A DNA stretch of 44,458 nt from Octopus bimaculoides (lineage: Eukaryota). A model generated the notes under the pieces. The model was not told where the DNA came from. It saw nothing but the letters and a program-made list of their open reading frames with translations, and did no database searches. Shown here one piece after another: positions 11,150 to 23,239 of the stretch. Both the position numbers and the translations under genes were made by a program. Location: contig NC_068996.1 in assembly GCF_001194135.2 (NCBI RefSeq), positions 7,062,074-7,106,531 of the forward strand, written 5' to 3'. How positions within the stretch are numbered: the first letter of the stretch is position 1; each line of letters opens with the position of its first letter.

Positions 11150-12205
11150 TTTTATGCATGTTTTTTATACATGAATATATACATAATATATAAATACATG
11201 AATATATAAAACTCATCACTTCTCTACCGAGTTTGTCTTCTCTTTATTTGTAGTAAAATAAATAAACCAGAATCAATTACTGGTTTTAATAGTATATGGT
11301 AGATAGGAATGAAATACATAATCACAATATCTCGTGTTTGAAGTTGAGTAAAAAAACATTGTATTTTTTTTTCCGACTCGATGCAAAAATGCTACTTTTT
11401 TTATATTTCGTCTACGTAGTGTGCAACATAAACAAACAACAATAACAAGAACAACAGCAACATAGCTTTCTGTCGTGTTTCTCAGAACAGATATTGAAAA
11501 AAAATTATCAATCTTTTTTATCTTTTATCTTAAATTCTATGATTTGATCGTCGTCGCAGTGGTTATTTTGATTTGAAACAATTATCCATTTCCTTTTCTT
11601 TTTCGTTTAGAAATATTTCGAATTGATTCGATATTATTGTGTATATATATATATTTTTTTTGCAGGAGTCCAAAATATGAAAATAAAATTTCATTCTCAG
11701 AAACTTTCAGTCATAATATTGATATCTTATGCGTTGTTTCAAGACAACTTTTGTACAAGTGAGCGGAGGAGTACAGCTGAGAGAAATACAGTTAAGAGGA
11801 GTGCAAATGAATGAAGTAACGTTAAGTGAATTGCTATCAACAGTAATTACTTTAATTACTGTTTGCGTGTCCACAACATTTTCATAATTTTGTCTAAACC
11901 GTCCGTGCTTGTTTTCAGTCTTTTAGTTAGCCTCCGTTTCATACATTTTGATACATGAATTCCAACTCTGGCAGTTGGAAAAAATTTGGAATGTATATCA
12001 TATTCAATGCGTGGATGCTAGGGAAATGTGCCCTATGTATTACGTGTGATACGCAGGGCAGGAAAAGGGTTGATTATTATGGAGAGGCTATGTTTCTAAA
12101 GTTCATTTCTTACATCAAGAGATACGGTATTTTCAATATAATCGAATCCCGCTCTTCCTCAGGATTTGGCTTCGCTACACACGGAATCATGAATGACAGA
12201 GATGC

Positions 12206-12296
12206 CACCGGCGAAATCTAAATTCAGAACATAAAGCTACGACAGAAAATGCTGCAAGGCATTTAGTGCAGCATTAGCTACCGATTCTGCTACTCT
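12206..12296 (-). mobile_element. Old SINE family A 5' fragment
   Basis: CCGGCGAAATCTAAATTCAGAACATAAAG..AAGGCATTT..CGATTCTGC resembles the family A head at 2145-2225. Confidence 0.55.
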
Positions 12297-12729
12297 AGCG
12301 AGTATATTGGGTTATAGCAAAAGTTTCTTACTTTGTTACCAGGTTGTATGTTTGTATGGTATACTTCATTGGTCTAGAGGAAAGGTATGAATCGAGAATT
12401 TCGTTGGTCGGGAGGCTTTCGTGGCTCTCTGTATATATGTACATACGGCTGTTCGTCAGCGAATCAATATATCAATGTGTGTGTGTATGCGTGTGTGCGA
12501 CAGTTCTCCTATGTGTTTGAGTCTGAGTGAGTGACTACTTTTATGTATATATGTATGTATATATAAATATGTGTATGTTTGTCTACGTCTTAGTGTGTGC
12601 GCACAGTATCTAACCACAATACAGACAACAAAGATACGTACACACAATCACAAACAGATACATATGCACACAAAAGCTTTGTCTACTAATATACTTCTAA
12701 TTAAATAGATAAAAACTGTCTAAACAAGT

Positions 12730-12782
<53 letters not shown>

Positions 12783-13520
12783 TATGTATGCATAGAGAAA
12801 TGTAGTTATATATGTATATTTATATATATGCATGTATGCATATATAACTATANNNNNNNNNNNNNNNNNNNNNNNNNNNNNNNNNNNNNNNNNNNNNNNN
12901 NNNNNNNNNNNNNNNNNNNNNNNNNNNNNNNNNNNNNNNNNNNNNNNNNNNNNNNNNNNNNNNNNNNNNNNNNNNNNNNNNNNNNNNNNNNNNNNNNNNN
13001 NNNNNNNNNNNNNNNNNNNNNNNNNNNNNNNNNNNNNNNNNNNNNNNNNNNNNNNNNNNNNNNNNNNNNNNNNNNNNNNNNNNNNNNNNNNNNNNNNNNN
13101 NNNNNNNNNNNNNNNNNNNNNNNNNNNNNNNNNNNNNNNNNNNNNNNNNNNNNNNNNNNNNNNNNNNNNNNNNNNNNNNNNNNNNNNNNNNNNNNNNNNN
13201 NNNNNNNNNNNNNNNNNNNNNNNNNNNNNNNNNNNNNNNNNNNNNNNNNNNNNNNNNNNNNNNNNNNNNNNNNNNNNNNNNNNNNNNNNNNNNNNNNNNN
13301 NNNNNNNNNNNNNNNNNNNNNNNNNNNNNNNNNNNNNNNNNNNNNNNNNNNNNNNNNNNNNNNNNNNNNNNNNNNNNNNNNNNNNNNNNNNNNNNNNNNN
13401 NNNNNNNNNNNNNNNNNNNNNNNNNNNNNNNNNNNNNNNNNNNNNNNNNNNNNNNNNNNNNNNNNNNNNNNNNNNNNNNNNNNNNNNNNNNNNNNNNNNN
13501 NNNNNNNNNNNNNNNNNTAT

Positions 13521-13591
<71 letters not shown>

Positions 13592-13835
13592 CAGTGAGAG
13601 AGAGAGAGGAAGAGAGAGAGAGAGAGAGAGAGAGAGAAATTTCCAAATTTTGGCTGGTAGGGATATAGCATCCACGTGGGTACCGTAGTCGCTTTTACCG
13701 GTTATTAATGGTGGGTAACCTCAGTGAGTGTATAAAAAAACTCCAGCTAGTTTGATTTACTAACGTCAGTCTATCTTCACATCAGTAAATCTATATGTCT
13801 CTATAGAGACTGCATGTTTCGGCAGAGAAAATAGT

Positions 13836-14282
13836 GGATTTACAATAAAGGAGAACAGAGATTTATGCCCAGTTTTATTCAGTAGTTAATTACTTCTTTT
13901 CATTTCTGTACCTACACATGATTCTGTAGCAACCAATACACACTGCATGATTATATTATGTGCACTTACAGTTAATTGGACAGCTAGTCAATTTGTTTTT
14001 AAGCAGCAGAGTTGAAAAGGTCAGGATCTAGGCAATGTTTGGAACAATAAGAACACCATGTATATTTCGGCTGGACTTGTATTTAATTTAGATTCTATCT
14101 GAACAATGCAATTGATTCCACCCTAAAGACGCAGCAATTAACAATAAGTGCTCATAAAGATGCAAATTTTGCAGTATGCATTAGTTTGCTGCAGAAACAT
14201 GTATAGGTGAAGAGATGAAAAGAAGTAATTAACTGCTGAATAAAACTGGATATAAATCTCTGTTCTCCTTTATTATAAATTC
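13836..14282 (+). mobile_element. Fold-back element (~145-bp arms) with a decayed hammerhead ribozyme
   Basis: Arms 13836-13979 and 14134-14282. Plus strand 14119-14209 reads CACC-CTAAAGA-C-GCAGCAA..TTGCTGC-A-GAAA-CATGTA-TA-GGTG: perfect 7-bp stem II, stem I CACC/GGTG, G5 mutated. Confidence 0.7.
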
Positions 14283-14287
14283 ATTAT

Positions 14288-14342
<55 letters not shown>

Positions 14343-14448
14343 CACTCACATATACATCCATAAATTCGCATATATATATATATTCATATATTCATACATC
14401 CATATAATTATACAAATATCTAGCTCTCTTCTCCCCCTCTCTCCTTCC

Positions 14449-14540
14449 TTCTCCCCTCTCTCCCTCCTTCTCCCCTCTCTCCCTCCTTCTCCCCTCTCTC
14501 TCTCCTTCTCCCCTCTCTCCCTCCTTCTCCCCTCTCTCTC
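14449..14540 (+). repeat. 19-bp pyrimidine minisatellite (TTCTCCCCTCTCTCCCTCC), ~5 units
   Basis: Read directly from the sequence. Confidence 0.85.
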
Positions 14541-14656
14541 TCTTTCTCTTTCTATATATATCGAAAAGTAGTATCAGAAAGTTCTGGACTATATATACGG
14601 CTGCTAGTCACAGCGAAAGACTTTAAACAATCAAATTGAAGGATTTTAAAGTGAAA

Positions 14657-14738
14657 ACCCTGAAGAAACTCCACCAGTATTATAGTAGAGTTGCAATCGC
14701 AACGGTTAATAATCGATGCAGTTGAAACATGTGTAGGT
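14657..14738 (+). ncRNA. Type I hammerhead ribozyme with intact core
   Basis: ACC-CTGAAGA-AACTCCA..43 nt..TGCAGTT-GAAA-CATGTG-TA-GGT. Stem I ACC/GGT; stem II 6/7 paired; C15.2-G16.2 pair; GUA triplet, predicted cut after 14735. Confidence 0.75.
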
Positions 14739-14810
14739 CTATTTGAAGCTGTATATATAAAAAGAATTAAACGTAATGCTATGCAACTTTGTAATAATTC
14801 ATACTATTAA

Positions 14811-15020
14811 GGCGGCGAGCTGCCAGAAACGTTAGCACGCCGGGCGAAATGCTTAACGCTATTTCGTCTCTCTTTACGTTCTGAGTTCAAATTCAGCCGA
14901 GGTCGACTTTACCTTTCATCCTTTCGGGGTCGATAAATTAAGTACCTGTTGCGTACTGGGTTGATATAATCGACTTCTCCCTACCCCAAAAATTTCGGGC
15001 CTTGTGCCTAGAGTAAAAAA
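14811..15020 (+). mobile_element. tRNA-derived SINE family A, full length
   Basis: GGCGGCGAGCTGCCAGAAACGTTAGC head, B-box GAGTTCAAATTC, core CTTTCATCCTTTCGGGGTCGATAAA, tail GGCCTTGTGCCTAGAGT followed by poly(A). Confidence 0.9.
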
Positions 15021-15135
15021 AAAAATATATATATTCATATTATCATTGTTGATACATATATACATTTAAAAATGAAGTCTTAGCAATCGGTTATATATTT
15101 TGCATTGCGAAAACGCAACCAGCGGTATATATGGG

Positions 15136-15752
15136 GTAAGCGAGTCGAGGACCTTCTGCGATTCGCTCTAGATTTCGGTAACGGTGTTAAAACGGCAACC
15201 TTTGATCAGCATTTTCATCCTGGGGGAAGAGATGGAAGTCTCCAGGTGCTAAATCTGGCGAATAGGGCGAGTGCAGAAGCGATACCATGTTGTCTTGTGG
15301 GAGTAATTCGAGATAGTCTGGAGGACTCGACGCACAATTCCTCGGATATCGAAAAAAATTTAAAAAGCGATGAGCATGTTCTTGATTGATCTGCGGCTCT
15401 GTCGTGCGTTCTTTAGTCGTGGAGATGAAGACTCTTCCGTTGTGACGACAGCTACTTCGCCTCAGGATCCTACCCATAGACCCAACTCTTATCATCGGTG
15501 ATGACTTCCCAAGTTTAACGCAAAATTTCACGCTGCCATTTTATTCCAACTTCCGGTCCATGACAGAAATCGCAGACTACATCGTACACATGATCATAAA
15601 AACACAGATTTCACAAATTTTGGCACAAACACAGCAATGTCACTCGGCACACTGCCTCATGAAGGTCACTGCTAGTTCTCACTGTGCTCGCAACAGTATA
15701 CTGTCATCTGTTGACGCGCTACAGAACAAGTCCGGTAACTTTTTGATATCAC
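15136..15752 (-). mobile_element. Mariner transposon relic (multiply deleted)
   Basis: KFCVKLGKS, a degenerate DES/KSWVYG motif, HSPYSPDLAPGDFHLFP; TIR-like end GATATCAAAAAGTTACCGGACTTGTTC on the - strand. Confidence 0.85.
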
Positions 15753-15756
15753 TTAT

Positions 15757-15813
<57 letters not shown>

Positions 15814-16286
15814 NNNNNNNNNNNNNNNNNNNNNNNNNNNNNNNNNNNNNNNNNNNNNNNNNNNNNNNNNNNNNNNNNNNNNNNNNNNNNNNNNNNNNNN
15901 NNNNNNNNNNNNNNNNNNNNNNNNNNNNNNNNNNNNNNNNNNNNNNNNNNNNNNNNNNNNNNNNNNNNNNNNNNNNNNNNNNNNNNNNNNNNNNNNNNNN
16001 NNNNNNNNNNNNNNNNNNNNNNNNNNNNNNNNNNNNNNNNNNNNNNNNNNNNNNNNNNNNNNNNNNNNNNNNNNNNNNNNNNNNNNNNNNNNNNNNNNNN
16101 NNNNNNNNNNNNNNNNNNNNNNNNNNNNNNNNNNNNNNNNNNNNNNNNNNNNNNNNNNNNNNNNNNNNNNNNNNNNNNNNNNNNNNNNNNNNNNNNNNNN
16201 NNNNNNNNNNNNNNNNNNNNNNNNNNNNNNNNNNNNNNNNNNNNNNNNNNNNNNNNNNNNNNNNNNNNNNNNNNNNNNNNNNNNNT

Positions 16287-16317
<31 letters not shown>

Positions 16318-17112
16318 AGTTACAACGCTATCGGGATATAATTAATTGGAAATCCATGATGGAATATTTATATGGAACAGCAAAACCTAGTAGAGATTAT
16401 CAAATATGAATATTATAGAAAAGGTTAAATGTGCACAAACGTACACCCATAAATATATGTAAATAGATATGAGTTTGTATGTGTATATATGTATGTGTAT
16501 GTATATGAATATATATACGTACATACACACACATAATTGGATCAAAAGAAAGTGTTGGATCATATTAGTTAATTAGTTTTGCTTTAATTCCTTAATTTTT
16601 TTTTTCGTCTTCCAAGTTTTCTTCCTTCTTCTTAATGTTATTTTTGATTTTTACCTATATAATATGATATCAAAGAATGAATAAATGGCAGGTGATCCGT
16701 TCAGATTAAATTCAAACACACACGTTCAGCATATGTGTATGTGCACACATGAATGCATCCACATACATACATGCATCAAACCGAAAAAAAAAATACTATG
16801 CATAAAAGAAAACAACCAAAGAAAGACAGCAGAAGGCAAAAAAAAATGAAAGAATGAAAAAAGTAAAATATAATCTAAAGAAGGAAAAAAGAAAAAGAAT
16901 TCTGATTAAAAGAAGAAAAAAATTATATTCTGAGAATAAAGAAAGAGGAAAGATATAAAGAATGATAGACTTAAAGAAAGTAAAAGATAGATAACTGACC
17001 GGATATATATATATATGTTTGTATTTATGTATGTATGTGTGTGTGTGTGTGCGTGAGTTTGTGTGTGTATGTATGCATGTATAGCCATTCATATATACAT
17101 TTCTCTGTGTGT

Positions 17113-17155
<43 letters not shown>

Positions 17156-17471
17156 NNNNNNNNNNNNNNNNNNNNNNNNNNNNNNNNNNNNNNNNNNNNN
17201 NNNNNNNNNNNNNNNNNNNNNNNNNNNNNNNNNNNNNNNNNNNNNNNNNNNNNNNNNNNNNNNNNNNNNNNNNNNNNNNNNNNNNNNNNNNNNNNNNNNN
17301 NNNNNNNNNNNNNNNNNNNNNNNNNNNNNNNNNNNNNNNNNNNNNNNNNNNNNNNNNNNNNNNNNNNNNNNNNNNNNNNNNNNNNNNNNNNNNNNNNNNN
17401 NNNNNNNNNNNNNNNNNNNNNNNNNNNNNNNNNNNNNNNNNNNNNNNNNNNNNNNNNNNNNNNNNNNNNNN

Positions 17472-17512
<41 letters not shown>

Positions 17513-17800
17513 CATATATATATATACACATATATATGTCTGTATACATACAAACATGTATAAACACACACACGCTCACACACACACACACACACACACA
17601 TATATGTTTATGCATGTTCCCCTCTCTCTATCTGTAAATATATATATATACACATACATATATATACGTATATATATATATGTGCGTATATATATATGTA
17701 TATATATGTATATATGTCAATATATGTATCTATATATGTATGTATATATATATATATGTATATATATATATGTATATATATATATGTGTANNNNNNNNNN

Positions 17801-17856
<56 letters not shown>

Positions 17857-18240
17857 TGTGCATGCGTATATATACGTGTATACATATGTGTATATGTACG
17901 TACACATGTGAATGTATGCGCGCGCGACTTTTTGTGTATGTGTGCCTCTGTGTGTGTATGTGTGTGTGTGTCTATATGTGTGTGTCTGTGTGTATGTGCG
18001 TGTCTGTGTGTTTGTGCATGCCTGTGTGTGCGTGTGCCTGTGTGTGTGTTGGATGTGGAGGAAATGGAGAGGAGGGAAATAGATTAGAAGTAAAAGTAAA
18101 TAGAGTCAAGAATAGCGCTGTTGCATTACAAATACTGTATGAAAGGGGGGGGGGAGCTTAAGTGAAAATCATCAGTTGAAAGCGATTGATATTAATCTGT
18201 TTGTAAAGAATTTGTTGTAAAGGATCAGAAAGACGCACAT

Positions 18241-18262
18241 ACTACTACTACTGCTACTACTA

Positions 18263-18309
<47 letters not shown>

Positions 18310-18404
18310 GCCGCTACTACTAATACTACTACTACTGATGATGATGATGATGGTAATAATGATAGTAATAGCGATAAATAATAATGACGGTGGTGATGTC
18401 AATA

Positions 18405-18454
<50 letters not shown>
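18241..18454 (+). repeat. Compound trinucleotide microsatellite (ACT/GCT/GAT)
   Basis: Read directly from the sequence. Confidence 0.9.
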
Positions 18455-18539
18455 AAAAGTAAAAATAGCAACTGATAATTTGTTGTCCTCTCTCACAGAA
18501 TCAACCAGAGGAAGTAAGATCGAGAGCTCTGAGAAGTAA

Positions 18540-18576
<37 letters not shown>

Positions 18577-18578
<2 letters not shown>

Positions 18579-18754
18579 CATCATCATCTCTGGCTGCCCA
18601 GTCCTGGCTAAGAAGGAATATATTCACAGACACGACAGAGCTGGGACCTATATACACTGGAAGCTATGCCAACACTATGGAATAACAACAGAAAAAAGAT
18701 GGTATAAGCACACGCCAGAAAAGGTCACAGAAAACGAGAAAGCAACCATACTCT
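18577..18754 (+). mobile_element. R4/Dong-like RLE non-LTR retrotransposon 3' fragment (runs into gap)
   Basis: Open frame IISGCPVLAKKEYIHRHDRAGTYIHWKLCQHYGITTEKRWYKHTPEKVTENEKATIL is the end of the CCHC knuckle plus the RHD motif preceding the restriction-like endonuclease. (TAA)n lies upstream and again after the gap. Confidence 0.85.
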
Positions 18755-19081
18755 NNNNNNNNNNNNNNNNNNNNNNNNNNNNNNNNNNNNNNNNNNNNNN
18801 NNNNNNNNNNNNNNNNNNNNNNNNNNNNNNNNNNNNNNNNNNNNNNNNNNNNNNNNNNNNNNNNNNNNNNNNNNNNNNNNNNNNNNNNNNNNNNNNNNNN
18901 NNNNNNNNNNNNNNNNNNNNNNNNNNNNNNNNNNNNNNNNNNNNNNNNNNNNNNNNNNNNNNNNNNNNNNNNNNNNNNNNNNNNNNNNNNNNNNNNNNNN
19001 NNNNNNNNNNNNNNNNNNNNNNNNNNNNNNNNNNNNNNNNNNNNNNNNNNNNNNNNNNNNNNNNNNNNNNNNNNNNNNNNN

Positions 19082-19121
19082 TAATAATAATAATAATAAC
19101 AACAACAACAACAACCATAAC

Positions 19122-19174
<53 letters not shown>

Positions 19175-19194
19175 TAATAATAATAATAATAATA

Positions 19195-19259
<65 letters not shown>

Positions 19260-19263
19260 AATA
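19082..19263 (+). repeat. (TAA)n/(CAA)n/(GAT)n compound microsatellite
   Basis: Read directly from the sequence. Confidence 0.9.
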
Positions 19264-19319
19264 AAGTTCTCTTTTATTTGTCACAATGGTGACGGATGAG
19301 TGGCCATTACGAGAAGAGC

Positions 19320-20847
19320 TTATAAAACCTGTGGGTGTTTACATTGAAATGGTAAGAGAAAGAAAGCAAAAGTGAATGTATACACAGTATACGCAATTTT
19401 ATAATATTCCCAACCAAGACTGTTACTTCGGGGCCAAGCAAAGAATACGAGAGATCCTCTTGCTAAACTGTCATGTCTCTGGTCTACAAGCAATTGTAGA
19501 TCTATTCTGAGAATAAGCCTATTCACTGAGGATTGTGATTGCTGCTCTCATTCAAATGCCTGGCGGAAAATCATTCTCATTCCACCATCATCAATACCAC
19601 AATCTTTCTCTCCTAAGTTACATATGACGACGAGGCCTTGGTTAAAAAAAAGCGTTTTTTCTTTTCTTTTTGCAGCCACACAATCGCTTGCGGCCACACA
19701 ATCGCTTTCATCAAATCTTCAGAAGAAAGTTGTCAATGCTGCCGGCGAAAAAAAGGCGACAGTCTTTTTGAGTTTATAATTTACTAATTTCCCTTCGATA
19801 ATAATGACTAATTGAGACGGTCTCATCTTGAGAGACCTGAGGTAGTGGAATTACGAAGACGAAAAGACTTCTTTTGATTGCGGTGATAGTGAAAGTAATT
19901 ACTTTTGTGAAAGAACTGACCTTCGCACCGTCGTTTTGGTCACTGCAACTACCGCTGTTGTTGTTGCTACTATTGTTGTTTCAGCTACTTTCTTTATTGC
20001 TGTTGTCGCCTTTGCTATGATCGTGAGGTCGATAACACGGCAGATCTTCCACTTTTTCCTCATTTATCTGCGTCTTCCGCCTTCCACAAAACAATGAATG
20101 CCATTTCGCTTTCAAACGGTGCTTTCAAACTTCTGATCTATTTTGGATCAGAAGCTCCAAGTTTATCCTCGGATAACTCTCCTTGTGTAGTTTGTGGATC
20201 TCCAGGATGTTCGATTTGTGCTCGTCGTTGGACAAAATGGCTACCACTATTTACTGGGTGTCTATTTCCGGCGGCCTATCACCACTCTGATGATCGCCAC
20301 ACATTTTCCATAAGTGAATTATTATAAACTTCAGTCTCCTGAATGGGACAGTAGAGTGGTTCCTTGCCTCATTTCCATAGCATTTGCCGCTAATTAATTA
20401 AGTTTCCTTGTATCACACTGATTCCAGATGATTTTTTCACTTGGAGCTTTGTCAACCTTTCGATCTTTGATTTCTTGTATCCATGCATCTGTATACTACA
20501 TTACATTACTTGTATTTTGTATCATACTCAACATCGTTGCTACAGTGATCTTTCTGCTTTTCTTTCGTATAAACCCTCTGGTTTCTCAGTAGTTCTCTTC
20601 GTACTTATGAGTTTTCTGTAACCTTTATCGATTTTACTCTTTTACTTGTTTCAGTCATTTGACTGCGGCCATGATGGGGCACCGCCTTTAGTCGAGCAAA
20701 TCAACCCCAGGACTTATTTTTTGTAAGCCTAGTACGTATTCTATCGGGCTCTTTTTGCCGAACCGCTAAGTTACGGGGACGTAAACACACCACCATCGGT
20801 TGTCCAGCGATGCTGGGGGGGGGGCAAATACAGACACACAAACATAT

Positions 20848-20886
<39 letters not shown>

Positions 20887-23230
20887 GATAGATAGATATA
20901 CATATATACGACGGGCTTCTTTCAGTTTCCGTCTACCAAATCCACTCACAAGGCTTTGGTCGGCCCGAGGTTATAGTAGAAGACACCTGCCCAAGGTGCT
21001 ACGCAGTGGGGCTGAACCCAGAACCATGTGGTTGGTAAGCAAGCTACTTACCACACAGCGACTCCTGCTTAAAATTCTAGCTATAACCTTGCTTGAATTT
21101 GACCTATTGATGACGGTTTTGACGGTGGTGTTGCCTGTTCTAGTAGGCATTTTCTTGTTAGACTGGTCGAATCGACTGTGTTTTGTTGTTGCTTTTGATG
21201 CTCTTCATGTGGTTGTTGTTGACGCTGTTGTCACTGTTGTTGGACGCGTAACTATTGTTGCTCTTATTTCGATGACGTCGTCTTCGCTGTTGTTTGTTTA
21301 TTAGTGGTGTTCTTATTTTTTTCCTTCGCTGTAGTTGTTGATACTCTTTATTTCCACTTAGCATGTTTTTGCACCACAATCTTGCTGCTGTTGCCGAAGA
21401 AAGCAAAAACACAACCTCAAATACACTTCTGCCTCTTCATAATGATCATTAGCTATTATTCTCAATGAAACCTTAATCTTTTAAAGAATAGAACACAATT
21501 CTCCACAGCCTAAAGAATCGCAAGATGAAACTCGTAGTCACAGAGCTATATTGATCTCTCTTATCCTCAAAGTAAATACCTTGTATAGAGATACATAATT
21601 TTCGACCAAAGCCACTTTTCCCCTCGTGCTGAGCAAGTCTAAAGGCAGGTGATTGCTTTAGCGCTAATGCTACCATAACTGTTATGAATACTTTCTGCTT
21701 CTCTTCGTTTCTCGTACGTTAGACCTATTAACATTTGTGGTAAAATGTTTGTACACCGATTGTAGACAACGGGAGAAAAAAGTCGGCCGCATTTCTCTTA
21801 GTTAGATTTTAATCTATCTCTTTCTCGAGAATATTCTAATCAATATTAATAAGCAAACAATTCATACTTACACCAGAGAAATCAATGAACTACAGTGTAA
21901 GCTTATGATGTAATAACGTTATTTTATTGTTGCTCTTAAACCTTTGGGTTCCGGGTATCAGGTTTCAGCTTGTTTGTTTCTTATAATCCACCCGTCTTGC
22001 TCTTTGATGATTATTCGTCTTTGTCATTTCAGTCGTTTTCTCATCCTGTCGAGACCTTCCCCATCCAACAGATCGGACGGTTTTTTTTATATTTAGTTTA
22101 TTTGCAGTTATTCCTTTCCGTTTTTTATGATAGTAGAAAAAAAACTTATCTCTAATGTTTCTGTATGCCTGTAGTAAAGGTTTTCGTTGTTATTGTTGTT
22201 ATTGCATCTTCTGCTGAGACTGGCGTTATGATCTTGTGATTGTTGCAGATGAACTGGAAATAGTAGTGGAGTTGTCGCTTTCTCCACCAATATATCTCCA
22301 TCGAGAGGTAGAAAGTAATGAGGTAGTCTGTTTCTCCGCAAATATAACATTTATGTATTTTTTTATAAAGAAGAGTACCAGAAAGATCTTCCGGTATAAG
22401 TGACACCTGGAACTCCACTATTGCTTCCGCTTAATTCTTTTAGATGGGAGAATCGAGTCTTACTATTTCTCCATATTTTCTTCCATTGTCGTTATTTTAT
22501 TCTTATTGAGCAGCACAAGGGTGATCCTTGAACGTACATGCTGTTATGACTATTGTTTGGGTTCCTTTCTCGCTGCTGTGAATACCCATTGCTATTCCCT
22601 CATACGTATTCTGCTAACGGCTACACTTCTTCAATTTATACTAAGGTCGGTGGAGATTTCAACCTCTTTGATATGTGCATTTATCGAGAATGGTGCTTTT
22701 TGGACGTTGTTGACTTCCTCGACAAGAAGCCTCATCAATCTATAGTGTATAATATCGCATTTGTATTATTAATGGCCTTTCTTTTGAATATGTGTTTATG
22801 GAGCCCTTTGGCTTGTGGAACGGGAAAGAGTTAGGTTCTTTGTTCTTCTATCATTGTCCTCACCACTGCCTTTGTTGTTGTTGATGATGTCTTCGTTGCT
22901 GCAACAATAATTGTTATAGTTACTCTCGTCCTCATGCAGTGACATTGCAGATGATCATGTGATAATGTCGTCAAAGCTTGTCATTGTCAAGGTGGCCCAC
23001 ACCATTGTTTGTTGAAATTGAGGAATGCTCTTCTCTATTAGAATCACCCACACTATCCTCTACTGTAAATATTCTCATGATTTCCTGAAAAGAAAATCTG
23101 CATCTATATAATGTTTGTAGCATATCGAGAATATTGAACGACAACAGCAATAGTAACAGCAACAATAATGACTTCTTTTATTCGTCAAAAGGGCCACGGT
23201 TGACGGGATTGATATAAAGCAAACATAAAA
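19320..23230 (-). mobile_element. Heavily decayed L1/Tx1-like ORF1-type modules (~4) plus a possible APE start
   Basis: Degenerate zinc-knuckle-like segments near 23020 (..GVGHL), 22340 (KCYICGETDYL), 21420 (IIMKRQKC) and 20060 (CFVEGGRR..KWKIC), each followed by an (ACA/AGC)-rich linker. Many stops and frameshifts. Confidence 0.45.
20637..21068 (-). mobile_element. tRNA-derived SINE family B, full length with internal (CA)/(TA) microsatellite
   Basis: Sense head GCAGGAGTCGCTGTGTGGTAAG with B-box GGGTTCAGCCCC; colinear with the copies at 28341 and 34531. Confidence 0.9.
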
Positions 23231-23239
23231 TGTGGGAAT

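Noticed and set aside
12105-12165. Minus-strand CTGAGGA..GAAA
   Set aside because: Stem II and stem I do not pair.
11955-12221. 88-aa ORF
   Set aside because: No recognisable motif, and its end overlaps a SINE fragment.
12395-12460. Minus-strand CTGACGA..CGAAAGC
   Set aside because: No stem II pairing and no NUH in register.
14559-14595. Possible left TIR of the 15136-15752 mariner
   Set aside because: Only a loose resemblance, and the following sequence is a hammerhead-bearing segment rather than the transposase 3' end.
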